The position numbers and the translations under genes were made by a program. Under the pieces are notes generated by a model. It made no database searches. It had not been told where the DNA came from and saw only the letters and a program-made list of their open reading frames with translations. This document shows, one piece after another, positions 10,556 to 21,138 of a stretch of 64,000 bases of DNA (positions are counted from its first letter, which is position 1; each line of letters opens with the position of its first letter). Where the stretch lies: the IMG/VR virus record IMGVR_UViG_3300003316_000307. The stretch is one strand, 5' to 3'. The stretch is from a virus (taxonomy: Duplodnaviria; Caudoviricetes).

Positions 10556-13500
10556 GTGAAGTAAAAACAGATGTAAACTCAACAATTGAAGAAATACAAG
10601 GTTTTTTTGATGGTAATGGTACAATACAATATATTGTTAATATTGAAACATATTATCATAAAGCAATAGCTGATTGTTTTATACAAAAAGATGATGGTAC
10701 TATGGAAATAACTAAAGTACCTTATATTAATTTTTTATATATAAAAGATTATAAAAAATTAGGTTTTAATTTTTATAATAATGATGAATATAAAAATGAT
10801 GTAGCAAAGAAAAAATATGGTATTGATGTTGTTAAATTAAATACTGGAAATCATCCTCGTCTTGAAAATGGATATGTGTATAAAATATCTAGTACAAAAT
10901 CATATAATTCGATAACTTCTTATTTAAAAGATGGTGGAATTGATTTAAATGAAATTAAAAAAAACACAAAAGATAAAAATGATAGTTTAGTATATTCTCT
11001 TAAACTTCAGGAACAATTTTTTATATCAACAGGCAATAGATTATTTAAAGGTTTTGAAGAATATAAAAACATAAATAAATTAATATTTGACTTCGAGACT
11101 ACTGGTTTAAATCCCAATACTAATAGATTAATTCAAGCCGGACTTAGAAATAATAGAGGATTTGAATATATTTTGGAAGTAAGTAAAGAAAATGATGATT
11201 TATCCGAAGCTAAAATAATCAAACAATTTTTTTATTCTTTATCAAAATTAAATCCTGCAGTTATTGCTGGTTATAATTCAGAATTATTTGACTTTGATTT
11301 TATTGTTAAAAGAACTGAAATTTTACAAAATCGTGGAGTAAATATTGGTTGTAATATTACAACATCATATAATACAAAAAAATATGAATATGATATTGGA
11401 AATAATAAAACTTTTATTATTGAAAGAAAGGCAAATTCAAGTGTTAAAATTGGTGGTAGTACTGAAAAATATACTGCAACACATACTTGGGGTTTTTCAT
11501 ATATTGATATTCTTCATGCTGTTAAAAGAGCTGCAGCAGTAAATACTAATATTAAACAAACATCTCTTAAAGAAATTTGTAAATTCTCAAAGATTGCTAA
11601 GAAGGATCGAATGTATATTAAGGGTGATAAGATCAATAAATATTGGAAGGAAAATAAAATATTTACAATAGATTATGAAACTAATACTTATAAAATTTTG
11701 CCAAATAAATTCCAAGAGATTGGAAGAGAATTATTGAATGCACAAAAATATGATAAAGAAAATGATAAATATTTTATTGATACTGAAGTAAAAAAGAAAG
11801 TTTTTACAGAAAATAAAGAATTTTTAGAATATATAAGTGAAGTATCTAAAGAAATAAAAAAATTTAAATTTATTTCAGGTAAAGAAATAGTTAATAAATA
11901 TTTATTAGATGACTTGTGGGAAACAGAACAAGTTGATGAACGTTTTAATCAAAGTTCATTTCTATTAGCAAAAATAGTCCCAACACACTATTCAAGAATT
12001 TGTACTATGGGTAGTGCTGCAATTTGGAACTTACTTATGGTTACATGGAGTTATCAAAATAATTTAGCAATACCATTACCTGATGTTAAAGAAAAATTTC
12101 CCGGTGGTCATGCCAGATGTTATAAAAAGGGATGGGCTAAAAATATACGTAAGTTAGATTTCGCTGGATTGTATCCTTCATTACAATTAACATATGATAT
12201 ATTTCCTACGGTTGATATAACTGGTGTCTTAAAGAAGATGTTAACTTTCCTTTCTCATGAGCGTAATAAATATAAGAAGCTTATGAAAAAAGCTGAAAAT
12301 GATCATGATGAATCTCTTGAAAAATTTTATGATGCAAAACAACAACCATTAAAAGTATTAAATAACTCAATGTTTGGTGCTCTTGGTTCTAACATTGCAT
12401 TTAATTGGGGTGATAATAATTGTGCTTCCAGAATTACATGTACTGGTCGTTTACATTTAAGAAAAATGATTAAATGGTTTACCAAAAGAGATTGTACTCC
12501 ATTGCTTGCAGTTACTGATGGTGTTAATTTTTCTTATCCTGATTTCACTACAATTGATATTGATGGAAATAATGTACATACACAACCAATTTCAACAGAA
12601 CAAGCATGGCAATATAATGGTAAAACTGGAATTGCAGCATTGGTTGAATACTATAATCAAACTGAGTTATCAATCATAAATGGTAAAAAATCATATATAA
12701 AAGTTGATGATGATGGTAGTTGGGTTTCAACATTGAATGTTGCAAGAATAAATTATGCTAATTTAACACCTGAAGGTAAATTAAAAATTACTGGAAATAG
12801 CATTAAATCCAAAGTAATGCCAGAATACATTGAAGAATTTATAAATAAAGGTTTATTGTTAATTCTCCAAGGGAAAGGTTCTGAATTTGTTGAATATTAC
12901 TATTCATATGTTGAGGATATATATTATAAAAGAATACCACTTAAAAAAATTGCTAGTAAGAAAAAATATAAACATACCATTTCACAATATTTAAATAGAG
13001 GTGTTGATAAAAACAATAGAGTAAAAGCTAAAATGGCTTATATGGAATTAATTATCGAACAAAGAAATAAAATGATGATTGATGAATATATTAAATTAGG
13101 CCATGAGTTAGATACATCCAATCCAAATATTTTTATTGAAAAATATAAAGAAATAAAAGATAAAGTACAACATCTTTTACCTCCAGAACCAGAAATTGGA
13201 ACAACAATTTATTTGGTTAATACTGGTAAAATAAAATCACATGGTGATAGTCAATTAATATTTGACGAAAAAATTGGTAAGGAAAGATTAGCTTCAACAT
13301 TAGTATCTGCAGAAGAAATAGAAGAAAATCCAGATATGCTTGGTGATTATAATGTTGGCAAATATTTAGATGCTTTTAATACAAAAGTTAAATCCTTATT
13401 AGAAGGATTCGATCCAAAAGTTAGAAATAAAATAAGAGTTAAGGACCCAAGTAAGAGAGAATATTTTACTGAACAAGAATTAATTCTTAAAAATTTTGAT

Positions 13501-14115
13501 AATGATAGTCTTGAAGAATCTATGACCTTAGAAGAGGCAGAAATAAATTTTTGGAATAAAACAGGTTTAAATCCATATAATGTTTTTTCTGATTTTATAG
13601 TACCAGAATCATATCCATTATATTTAAATCTTTATGATGAAAAATTAAAAAAAGCAAATGAATTAATGAAAAGCACTGGTAATAGAGAAATAAAGTCAAT
13701 AAATGATAATTATGGAGAAAATGATTTCGTTTTATTTAAAAATAAAAATGTTTATGATTTATATCTTTTTAAAAATAGTTGGTTTAGATTAGTTAAGGGA
13801 AATATAAATATACCAGAAACTGAAAGTGAGAGAATTCAAAGAGAACAAATGGAAGAATTATCAAAACCACTTAATACTTCTCAGCCACACGATTTTTATA
13901 TTACCAGACTTATGAAACAATCAGATATTGATGAAATGATTGAATGGGTTAAAAAGTTCAAAAAGAAATTTAAACTTAAACAAGAACAAATTTTATCTGA
14001 AGTTATCGTTGAAGATGGTAAAACTGGAATTGATTATTTATATGATTGGATAGATATCGAGAAAGAAAAAGAAGAAATGGAAGAAGAGTATGAAAATGAT
14101 GAAGAAGGGGACTAA
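10552..14115 (+). CDS. Family B DNA polymerase
   Basis: Exo I DFETTG, Exo II YNSELFDF, motif A DFAGLYPS, motif B KVLNNSMFG, variant motif C AVTDG. Confidence 0.93.
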   Translation: MSEVKTDVNSTIEEIQGFFDGNGTIQYIVNIETYYHKAIADCFIQKDDGTMEITKVPYINFLYIKDYKKLGFNFYNNDEYKNDVAKKKYGIDVVKLNTGNHPRLENGYVYKISSTKSYNSITSYLKDGGIDLNEIKKNTKDKNDSLVYSLKLQEQFFISTGNRLFKGFEEYKNINKLIFDFETTGLNPNTNRLIQAGLRNNRGFEYILEVSKENDDLSEAKIIKQFFYSLSKLNPAVIAGYNSELFDFDFIVKRTEILQNRGVNIGCNITTSYNTKKYEYDIGNNKTFIIERKANSSVKIGGSTEKYTATHTWGFSYIDILHAVKRAAAVNTNIKQTSLKEICKFSKIAKKDRMYIKGDKINKYWKENKIFTIDYETNTYKILPNKFQEIGRELLNAQKYDKENDKYFIDTEVKKKVFTENKEFLEYISEVSKEIKKFKFISGKEIVNKYLLDDLWETEQVDERFNQSSFLLAKIVPTHYSRICTMGSAAIWNLLMVTWSYQNNLAIPLPDVKEKFPGGHARCYKKGWAKNIRKLDFAGLYPSLQLTYDIFPTVDITGVLKKMLTFLSHERNKYKKLMKKAENDHDESLEKFYDAKQQPLKVLNNSMFGALGSNIAFNWGDNNCASRITCTGRLHLRKMIKWFTKRDCTPLLAVTDGVNFSYPDFTTIDIDGNNVHTQPISTEQAWQYNGKTGIAALVEYYNQTELSIINGKKSYIKVDDDGSWVSTLNVARINYANLTPEGKLKITGNSIKSKVMPEYIEEFINKGLLLILQGKGSEFVEYYYSYVEDIYYKRIPLKKIASKKKYKHTISQYLNRGVDKNNRVKAKMAYMELIIEQRNKMMIDEYIKLGHELDTSNPNIFIEKYKEIKDKVQHLLPPEPEIGTTIYLVNTGKIKSHGDSQLIFDEKIGKERLASTLVSAEEIEENPDMLGDYNVGKYLDAFNTKVKSLLEGFDPKVRNKIRVKDPSKREYFTEQELILKNFDNDSLEESMTLEEAEINFWNKTGLNPYNVFSDFIVPESYPLYLNLYDEKLKKANELMKSTGNREIKSINDNYGENDFVLFKNKNVYDLYLFKNSWFRLVKGNINIPETESERIQREQMEELSKPLNTSQPHDFYITRLMKQSDIDEMIEWVKKFKKKFKLKQEQILSEVIVEDGKTGIDYLYDWIDIEKEKEEMEEEYENDEEGD

Positions 14116-14129
14116 AAATCCCCTTTTTT
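14104..14129 (+). terminator. Rho-independent terminator
   Basis: AAGGGGA-ctaaaaa-TCCCCTT followed by T run, overlapping polymerase stop. Confidence 0.8.
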
Positions 14130-14130
14130 A

Positions 14131-14138
14131 GTATTTAT
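14131..14138 (+). promoter_or_regulatory. Putative phage late promoter GTATTTAT (representative copy)
   Basis: (G/C)TATTTA(T/A) recurs just upstream of starts at about 4139, 14131, 15538, 18504, 19672, 21114, 22621, 26436, 31223, 37710, 38560, 49887, 51043, 54088, 55459, 59708, 62051, 62855. Confidence 0.75.
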
Positions 14139-14164
14139 CATTAATAAAAACATAATAAAAAATT

Positions 14165-14731
14165 ATGAATAAAAAAATAAAAGATATAAGAGAATTTATT
14201 GATAAAGAATTAAATTTAGTTGGCGACAATGATGAACCAACAACAGGTCCAAATATGGATACTAAAGTTGGAACTTCTACTACAGATAAAAATGTAAGAA
14301 TTGGTCATCAAAATTATGGGTACGACTTTTTGGGCCGTTTCGGCTTCTCTTTGTGGGAGAATGACAATAAAAATAATTCACTTATTCAGGAATTAGCAGA
14401 ATTAATTTATAATAAATCTGATAGTAAAAATGGAGATTTTTCATCATTGAGTGATGATGATAAAAATAAAAAAGAATCTATATCAATAGCAAATGAGATA
14501 TTAAATATTGTAAAAAAACATTTTAAAAATGATTTAAATAAAAATGATGATAAATTAAGTGAATCTGAATTAAAGAAAGTTATAGAAGATATTGTTTTAA
14601 AGAAAAAAGAAACACCATTAGCAAAAAAAATTGATAAAGAGGTTTTACCAAAAAAAATAACTGATACAATAGATAAATTGTCTAAAGATGACAGAGAATT
14701 AGTTGTTAAATATATTAAAGATAATAAATAA
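14165..14731 (+). CDS. Hypothetical late protein
   Basis: 188-aa ORF after late motif. Confidence 0.6.
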   Translation: MNKKIKDIREFIDKELNLVGDNDEPTTGPNMDTKVGTSTTDKNVRIGHQNYGYDFLGRFGFSLWENDNKNNSLIQELAELIYNKSDSKNGDFSSLSDDDKNKKESISIANEILNIVKKHFKNDLNKNDDKLSESELKKVIEDIVLKKKETPLAKKIDKEVLPKKITDTIDKLSKDDRELVVKYIKDNK

Positions 14732-14732
14732 T

Positions 14733-15521
14733 ATGAATAAACAACTATATGATAAAAAATATCCAGTACCTGAAGAAATATTGAAAAATATTGAATTTTC
14801 ATTACATAAATATTCAGGTAATAATGATGGTATTAAAAGGGCTAAATTTATTAAGAATAATAAATCTTGTACTTACCAAATGTTAAAAGGTTTAAAAAAT
14901 TTTTTTGATCATGCTGAAAATATAAAAAATAAGGAACAATATGAATTGGCTGGTGGTGATTTAATGAAACAATGGGTTGATTTAACTTTAAAAAATGAAC
15001 GAGCCAAAACAGAAAAGAAAGGTTATAAAGAAATAACAGCATCTAAGGATAATATATCATCATTAAGACCAGATAAAATCAATACCAATTTTTCAATTAA
15101 TGAAAATGAAGAAAAATTAAATGAATATGTTATTTGTTTACTTTTTAATTCTAATAATGATATTTTAATGCTTAAAAGAGGTAAAACAGATAATTGGATG
15201 CCAAATAAATGGGCATTTCTTGGTGGAACAATAGAAAAAAATGAATTACCAATAAATGCTGCAAAAAGAGAAATAAAAGAAGAAATTGGTGTAACAATAA
15301 AAAAATTAATTGAAAAATTTTCAATTAAAAGAGATAATCAAAATGAATATATATACATTGGATTGATACAACAGGATGATGAAAAAAATATAAAATTGGA
15401 TGAAGAAAATCAAGATTTTAAATTTGTATCAATTGAAAATTTATCAAAATTAGATGCTGTTCCTAATGTTATGGATTATATTAGAATAGTTTTAGGAAAG
15501 AATGAATATATTGGTAAATAA
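14733..15521 (+). CDS. NUDIX hydrolase fused to an N-terminal domain of unknown function
   Basis: Nudix box GGTIEKNELPINAAKREIKEEIG; ATG 14733 preferred over TTG 14703. Confidence 0.85.
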   Translation: MNKQLYDKKYPVPEEILKNIEFSLHKYSGNNDGIKRAKFIKNNKSCTYQMLKGLKNFFDHAENIKNKEQYELAGGDLMKQWVDLTLKNERAKTEKKGYKEITASKDNISSLRPDKINTNFSINENEEKLNEYVICLLFNSNNDILMLKRGKTDNWMPNKWAFLGGTIEKNELPINAAKREIKEEIGVTIKKLIEKFSIKRDNQNEYIYIGLIQQDDEKNIKLDEENQDFKFVSIENLSKLDAVPNVMDYIRIVLGKNEYIGK

Positions 15522-15563
15522 ATATATAAAAAAGGAAGTATTTATAAAAAATAAAATAATATT

Positions 15564-15812
15564 ATGGCATTATTAAATGATAGTACTGATTTTAGAAATA
15601 ATCAAATAAAACGAAATACTTATAATAAGAATAAAGATTATAATTCATCTCATCCTAATGCTCTTTCTACAGGTGATGATTTAGGAAAGGGTGAAAATAA
15701 TGGTGCAATTGGTAGTGCAACTGACATCGCAACTAGGAATAGAAATTTAAGTTTTAATAAGTATAGTAGAAATAAACCTTATGAATCGGTTGACGAAAAA
15801 CCAATTCAATAA
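15564..15812 (+). CDS. Hypothetical late protein
   Basis: 82-aa ORF, GTATTTATA at 15538. Confidence 0.6.
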   Translation: MALLNDSTDFRNNQIKRNTYNKNKDYNSSHPNALSTGDDLGKGENNGAIGSATDIATRNRNLSFNKYSRNKPYESVDEKPIQ

Positions 15813-15818
15813 AAAAAT

Positions 15819-16457
15819 ATGGTAAATGAATATACCATATTAAAAGACAATATTAACAATGTAAAAATTTTATTAAGAGAATTTGCTTCTAGAAATTCTG
15901 TAGCTGATGCAATTAATGGAAGAGACATTGTTACAATATACTATGATTCTCCATTAGATACCACAAATAATAGAGGTTATAGAGTTATTGAACCCTATGT
16001 TTTAGGAATATCAAAAAGTGGTAATTTGGTAGTACGTGCATATCAACAAAGCGGTGCAAGTGATTCAAATGACAGTGACGATCCAATACCCGGATGGAGA
16101 TTATTTAGATTGGATGGTATAAAAGTAATCTATAAAACATTAAAAAAATTTGATACAACACCAGAATTTATTCAACAAAATAGGCCAAAATATAATCCAA
16201 AAGATAAAGATATGACCCAAATTCTGGTTTCGGTTGATCCAACAGTTCAACCAAATCAATCAATAGATGGTAATAAATCCATTGATCAACCAGATATTAT
16301 TGCTACAAAAAGTAATAATTTGACATCACCATCCGTATTTAAAAATCAGACAGATAAATTAAGATCATTTTATTCAAAACCAATTCCTAAATTGGATAAT
16401 GGATGGTATGATAATATTAAAAATAAATTTTTAAGCGATTTAAATAAATTAAAATAA
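15819..16457 (+). CDS. WYL-domain protein
   Basis: RVIEPYVLG...LVVRAYQ...WRLFRLDGI. Confidence 0.75.
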   Translation: MVNEYTILKDNINNVKILLREFASRNSVADAINGRDIVTIYYDSPLDTTNNRGYRVIEPYVLGISKSGNLVVRAYQQSGASDSNDSDDPIPGWRLFRLDGIKVIYKTLKKFDTTPEFIQQNRPKYNPKDKDMTQILVSVDPTVQPNQSIDGNKSIDQPDIIATKSNNLTSPSVFKNQTDKLRSFYSKPIPKLDNGWYDNIKNKFLSDLNKLK

Positions 16458-17104
16458 TGGCGAATAAATTTTCCATATCAAATTTACAAGAACTTCAAAA
16501 AAGTATTGATATAATAAAAAAAGATAAAATCGATGAAATGGCTGCAAATGGTCATGTATTAACAACTATTGCAAACGATGGAAATCCTCAAAAAAAAACA
16601 GGAAGAAGTGTATTAATGGAATTACAGCAATCACTTGCAACTGGTAAACCAACATCTTCAGTATCATTAATGAATGATATCACCTCAATTAATGAGGGTA
16701 TTATTGTTGATGAACATAAACAAATAAAAAGAGTCCCTAATCCCAAAGTAAGCTCAAAAGCAAATAATCGTGATGATAATGATGATTTTTATGATGAACA
16801 AGTTCGTTTAAGAATGTTGAAAGCTGCCAATAAAATACAAGAAACTGCAATACATTCTACTGAATTTTTAGAAGAAGAATTTCTTAGTTCACCACAAAGA
16901 AAACCAAATGGTAATATGATGATTAATGAAAGTCAATTACTTGAATTGGCAGATAAAGCACTTAAAAGTGCTATGGCAAATCTTTATTCTAAAGAAAAAA
17001 TTAAAGAAGTATTAATGGAAGAAAAAAATGAAATAAAAAAGATCGTATATGAAACTCTTAAAGAATTAAGAGAAATTAACGAAAAAAAGAAAAATGGAAA
17101 ATAA
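16457..17104 (+). CDS. Hypothetical protein
   Basis: 215-aa ORF coupled to neighbours. Confidence 0.6.
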   Translation: MANKFSISNLQELQKSIDIIKKDKIDEMAANGHVLTTIANDGNPQKKTGRSVLMELQQSLATGKPTSSVSLMNDITSINEGIIVDEHKQIKRVPNPKVSSKANNRDDNDDFYDEQVRLRMLKAANKIQETAIHSTEFLEEEFLSSPQRKPNGNMMINESQLLELADKALKSAMANLYSKEKIKEVLMEEKNEIKKIVYETLKELREINEKKKNGK

Positions 17105-18500
17105 GACTTCAAATAAAAATAATGGAATAAAAATAGATCATATTAAGAATGTTTTAAAAAATAATCTTAAAAAAGAAGATTTAGAATATTCACATGTTAA
17201 TGATGCAACTAAAGATAATTATGAAATAACATCAGAAGATGGTAGTAGTTTATATTTTGGTGTTGATGGAATGGTAAATGAAATTTTTGAAAGGGTAATG
17301 GGTTTTATGCCAAATTCATCATCAGTAGAAGTTAAAAAAAAATGTAAATTAGGTGGTAATCCAGATGGAACTAGTGAACCTTGTAATAAAGGAGATATAA
17401 AAAATTTGTCTTTAAAAAAGATTACTGAAAATTCTGATAGAATTACAACAAATATAGGTTATTTTGACATCAATGATACAATTGCCCCATCAAAAAATGA
17501 TCTTTTTATTTCACATCTTGAGGTTAATCCAGAATTAAGAGGACAAGGTTATTTTAAAGAACTTCTTAATTCAATAACACAAGAAGCAAAAAAAAGAGGA
17601 AAAACAAAAATTGTTTTTGATCCAGATATAACACAAGGTAAAGAATATCTTAATAAATTAATTTCAATTTATAAACATCACGGATTTGATAATGATTCAA
17701 ATGATCCTTCATTATTAGTTAAAAATTTGAATGAAAATCATAGAGATGATATAAAATATGGTGTTTTAATGGCAATGTGTAAAATTCCTAACTGGAATAA
17801 AATTACCAATATAATTGATAAAGATGATCTTTATGATAAATCCGATTATGGTTTAGAACAAGATTGTCATGCCACAATATTATATGGTTTTCATAGTGAT
17901 GTAAATGAAAAAGAAGTATTTGATAGAATAACTGAAAATTTAAATAAACCAATTAAAATTGAGTTAACTAATATATCAATCTTCGAATCCAAAGAATATG
18001 ATATTGTTAAATTTGATGCTAAATCAAAAACATTAATTGAATTAAATAAAATTTGTAAAGAATTTCCACACACAAATAGTTTTCCAACATATCATCCACA
18101 TTTAACAATAGCGTATGTAAAAAAGGGTAAAGGTAAAAAATATATTAAGGAATTTTCAAGACCATACCAAATTGAATCTAATGAATTAGTTTTTTCTACC
18201 AAAAATAAAAAACAAACTAAAGTAAAAATTCAAGAAAATATTATTTTAAATGAAAGAAAAAGTGAATTTGAAGTATTAAAAAACAATAAAAAACCACTTA
18301 CAGATGAAGAAAGAAAAAAAGTAATGGACGCAAATGCTATATGGCATTTTACTGGTAAACCATCACCAGCAGTTTGGAAAAGTGTGAATAGTAAAGGTGA
18401 TGTTAAGTATGTCACAAACACACAAAGATTATATAAAGTTTCAAAAACTATTAATGGCGCAATTTCAAATTATCATAAATATGTAAAACAAACAGCTTAA
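17094..18500 (+). CDS. Multidomain protein: GNAT acetyltransferase + 2H phosphoesterase (T4 gp57B/Acb1-like)
   Basis: LEVNPELRGQGY acetyl-CoA motif; two HxT motifs, HATILYG and HPHLTIAY. Confidence 0.75.
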   Translation: MENKTSNKNNGIKIDHIKNVLKNNLKKEDLEYSHVNDATKDNYEITSEDGSSLYFGVDGMVNEIFERVMGFMPNSSSVEVKKKCKLGGNPDGTSEPCNKGDIKNLSLKKITENSDRITTNIGYFDINDTIAPSKNDLFISHLEVNPELRGQGYFKELLNSITQEAKKRGKTKIVFDPDITQGKEYLNKLISIYKHHGFDNDSNDPSLLVKNLNENHRDDIKYGVLMAMCKIPNWNKITNIIDKDDLYDKSDYGLEQDCHATILYGFHSDVNEKEVFDRITENLNKPIKIELTNISIFESKEYDIVKFDAKSKTLIELNKICKEFPHTNSFPTYHPHLTIAYVKKGKGKKYIKEFSRPYQIESNELVFSTKNKKQTKVKIQENIILNERKSEFEVLKNNKKPLTDEERKKVMDANAIWHFTGKPSPAVWKSVNSKGDVKYVTNTQRLYKVSKTINGAISNYHKYVKQTA

Positions 18501-18515
18501 TTTGTATTTATAAAA

Positions 18516-19262
18516 ATGGAATTGAATAAAAATATAATGGACATTCGTAGGAGCTACTTACCTCAAATTTCAGCTCCATTTGTTTATGTGTTAAATGCAC
18601 TAGATAATCATGATATTGAATATCAATCTGAAAATATTCCATTAGCAGATTTAAATCCAATGCAACCATTTGTTGATACAGAAAAAGTTGCATCTATTTT
18701 TGATGCGGTTAAAAATGGAAAACAACAACATAAAACAATTTGGATTACACAAGATAATGATATTATTGATGGACATCATAATTATTCCGCAGCATGGAAA
18801 GATGATCCAGAATCATCTATAAGTGCTATAAAAATACTAGGAAATAAAAATGATGCTATTCGTATTTTAAATAAAATAATGGATATATATAATCATGAGT
18901 TTGCAAATCCAGAAAATAAAAATGAAGCAAAATTTATTGGTTATAGAACAGAACCAATCAAGGAACAAAGTGGTGTTGGTAATTTCTTTTTATTAAAAGA
19001 ACCATCTGAAAATTGTTTAAAATATGAATTAGAATTTGATAATATATTTGACACAGATTCCATTGGAATAAAATTTGATGATAAAAATTTACCAACATAT
19101 ACTTTATGTAATTATATGTTTCCTGATTTAAAACCAGAACAACATGCAGATTTGAATGATATGGAAATTGATAAATTTTGTAATCGTTATCTTGCAAAAA
19201 AATTTAAGGAAATGGGATTTGATGGTATCAAATATGGTAATTTATTATTACAAGCTTTTTAA
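18516..19262 (+). CDS. ParB/Srx-like N-terminal domain protein with possible degenerate ADP-ribosyltransferase-like C-terminus
   Basis: L.PMQ...IWITQDNDIIDGHH; C-terminal GYR...GNFF...GFDGIKY. Confidence 0.5.
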   Translation: MELNKNIMDIRRSYLPQISAPFVYVLNALDNHDIEYQSENIPLADLNPMQPFVDTEKVASIFDAVKNGKQQHKTIWITQDNDIIDGHHNYSAAWKDDPESSISAIKILGNKNDAIRILNKIMDIYNHEFANPENKNEAKFIGYRTEPIKEQSGVGNFFLLKEPSENCLKYELEFDNIFDTDSIGIKFDDKNLPTYTLCNYMFPDLKPEQHADLNDMEIDKFCNRYLAKKFKEMGFDGIKYGNLLLQAF

Positions 19263-19274
19263 ATAAAAAATATT

Positions 19275-19649
19275 ATGGGATATATTATTAAAAATATTAC
19301 AAACAAATTAGATAAAAGACACCCTTTTGTTAATAGTATTGTTGAATTTACATATGAAAAGAAAAATTTTGTAAAAGATACAGTTAAACTTAATGTTGGA
19401 AAAGAAATGATTTTGGATGGTGAATTACCAATTAGTATTCATAATCTTAGAATTAAGGGATTTATTTTAGTAAAAAAAATTTCAGATAACGAAATACAAG
19501 CTTCAATAAAAAAAAATGAAGAAGAAATTAAAAATAAAAATTTAGCCCAAATCAAAGAAACAATTCAAACATCAATATCTAAAGAAGATAATAAAAAATC
19601 AATAGATAATCAGCAGATAAAGAAAAAAAGAAACAATTCATCTAATTAA
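19275..19649 (+). CDS. Hypothetical protein
   Basis: 124-aa ORF. Confidence 0.55.
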   Translation: MGYIIKNITNKLDKRHPFVNSIVEFTYEKKNFVKDTVKLNVGKEMILDGELPISIHNLRIKGFILVKKISDNEIQASIKKNEEEIKNKNLAQIKETIQTSISKEDNKKSIDNQQIKKKRNNSSN

Positions 19650-19704
19650 TCAATAATCAATATTAGTCTTCGTATTTATAGAAAATTGTAATTTTTTATA
19701 AAAT

Positions 19705-21096
19705 ATGAATGATAGAATTAAGATATTGTTTTTTAATTTGGATCAAGCTGGAGTATCCTATTTTAGAACACAAACACCCGCAGTTCAATTAGATGAGGAT
19801 TTTAATGATAAATTTCTAGTTGAAATAAACTCAAATATTAATTTTTCTGATTATGAGAATGCTTTAAATTATTTAAAAAGTTTTAACATAATTCATTATC
19901 ATAAAAGTTTAGTTTCCGATAATTCATTAATGAGAAAAATTGTTGCTGATTTAAAATCACACAATGTTGTTCTTGTAATGGATATTGATGATTATTGGCA
20001 ATTAGACAAAACTCACCCATATTTTGGTATTGCTGAAGCAAATAAAATGCATCTTGATATTATTGAAAATATTAAGATGGCTGATTATATAACAACAACT
20101 ACAGATTTATTTGCTAGTGAAATAAAAAAATATAATTCTAATGTAATTGTTTTACCAAATGCAATAAATCAAAAAACAATGCTCCAATTTCAAAACAATT
20201 GGAAACCTGATCCTAATGGATTAGTTAGAATCTGTTATAGCGCAGGGTCTAGCCACAGGTATGATGTAGAACAGCTTAAAGGTGTTTTTAATATTCTTAA
20301 TAGTGATCCTGATGTTAAAGGTAAATTTAAAATAATTTTAGCTGGCTGGGATACCAGAGGTGAAACTACAGATGTTCATTTTAATGACACATTTAGAAAA
20401 GAATTACAATTAAGAGGTTTATGGAATTCTAATATTATTAAATCTATTAATAATTCCAGAGGTGATATTAATTTAATCGAAGGTTTACCACAAGATTTAA
20501 GAGAAAAATATTATGGAAAAGTTTTTAATGCAAGTAAAAGACCTATTAAAGACGAAGAATCGGTATATTTTCAATATGAAGAAATATTCACTGACAATTA
20601 TAGAATAATCAATGATCCAGAATATGTTAAATTTTTAAAAGAAATTAAAAGAGGATCATATCCAAATGAAACAATTTATTCTAGAAGATGGACAAGACCA
20701 GCAAATGAATATGCCTATGTTCTAGATGAAACTGATATATTATTAGCACCATTGAATAATCACAAATTTAACTGGAATAAATCAAATCTTAAACAAGTTG
20801 AAGCATTTTCTAGAAAATTACCAATAGTGTGTACTGATATTCCACCTTATAATATTGATGGTATTAATAATAAAAATTGTTTGTTGATACCATATATTAA
20901 AAATAATCTAATCAATAAAAATATTGATAGAGATTGGGCTAAAGCAATTAAGAGTTTAATACTATCTCCAGAATTGAGAAAGCAATTAGGTGAACAACTT
21001 TATGAAGATTTTAAAATAAAATATTCATTAGAAGAGGTGACAAAGAAAAGAGCATCATTCTATCAAAGTATTGTTAATGTAGCAGTGGAACTATAA
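19705..21096 (+). CDS. GT-B fold glycosyltransferase (GT4-like)
   Basis: GVSYFR, MDIDDYW, ADYITTTT, VLPNAI, DILLAPL..HKFN..KSNLK..E, PIVCTDIPPY. Confidence 0.85.
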   Translation: MNDRIKILFFNLDQAGVSYFRTQTPAVQLDEDFNDKFLVEINSNINFSDYENALNYLKSFNIIHYHKSLVSDNSLMRKIVADLKSHNVVLVMDIDDYWQLDKTHPYFGIAEANKMHLDIIENIKMADYITTTTDLFASEIKKYNSNVIVLPNAINQKTMLQFQNNWKPDPNGLVRICYSAGSSHRYDVEQLKGVFNILNSDPDVKGKFKIILAGWDTRGETTDVHFNDTFRKELQLRGLWNSNIIKSINNSRGDINLIEGLPQDLREKYYGKVFNASKRPIKDEESVYFQYEEIFTDNYRIINDPEYVKFLKEIKRGSYPNETIYSRRWTRPANEYAYVLDETDILLAPLNNHKFNWNKSNLKQVEAFSRKLPIVCTDIPPYNIDGINNKNCLLIPYIKNNLINKNIDRDWAKAIKSLILSPELRKQLGEQLYEDFKIKYSLEEVTKKRASFYQSIVNVAVEL

Positions 21097-21138
21097 AATT
21101 TTATAAAAAATTACTATTTATAATAAAAATTAATAAAT

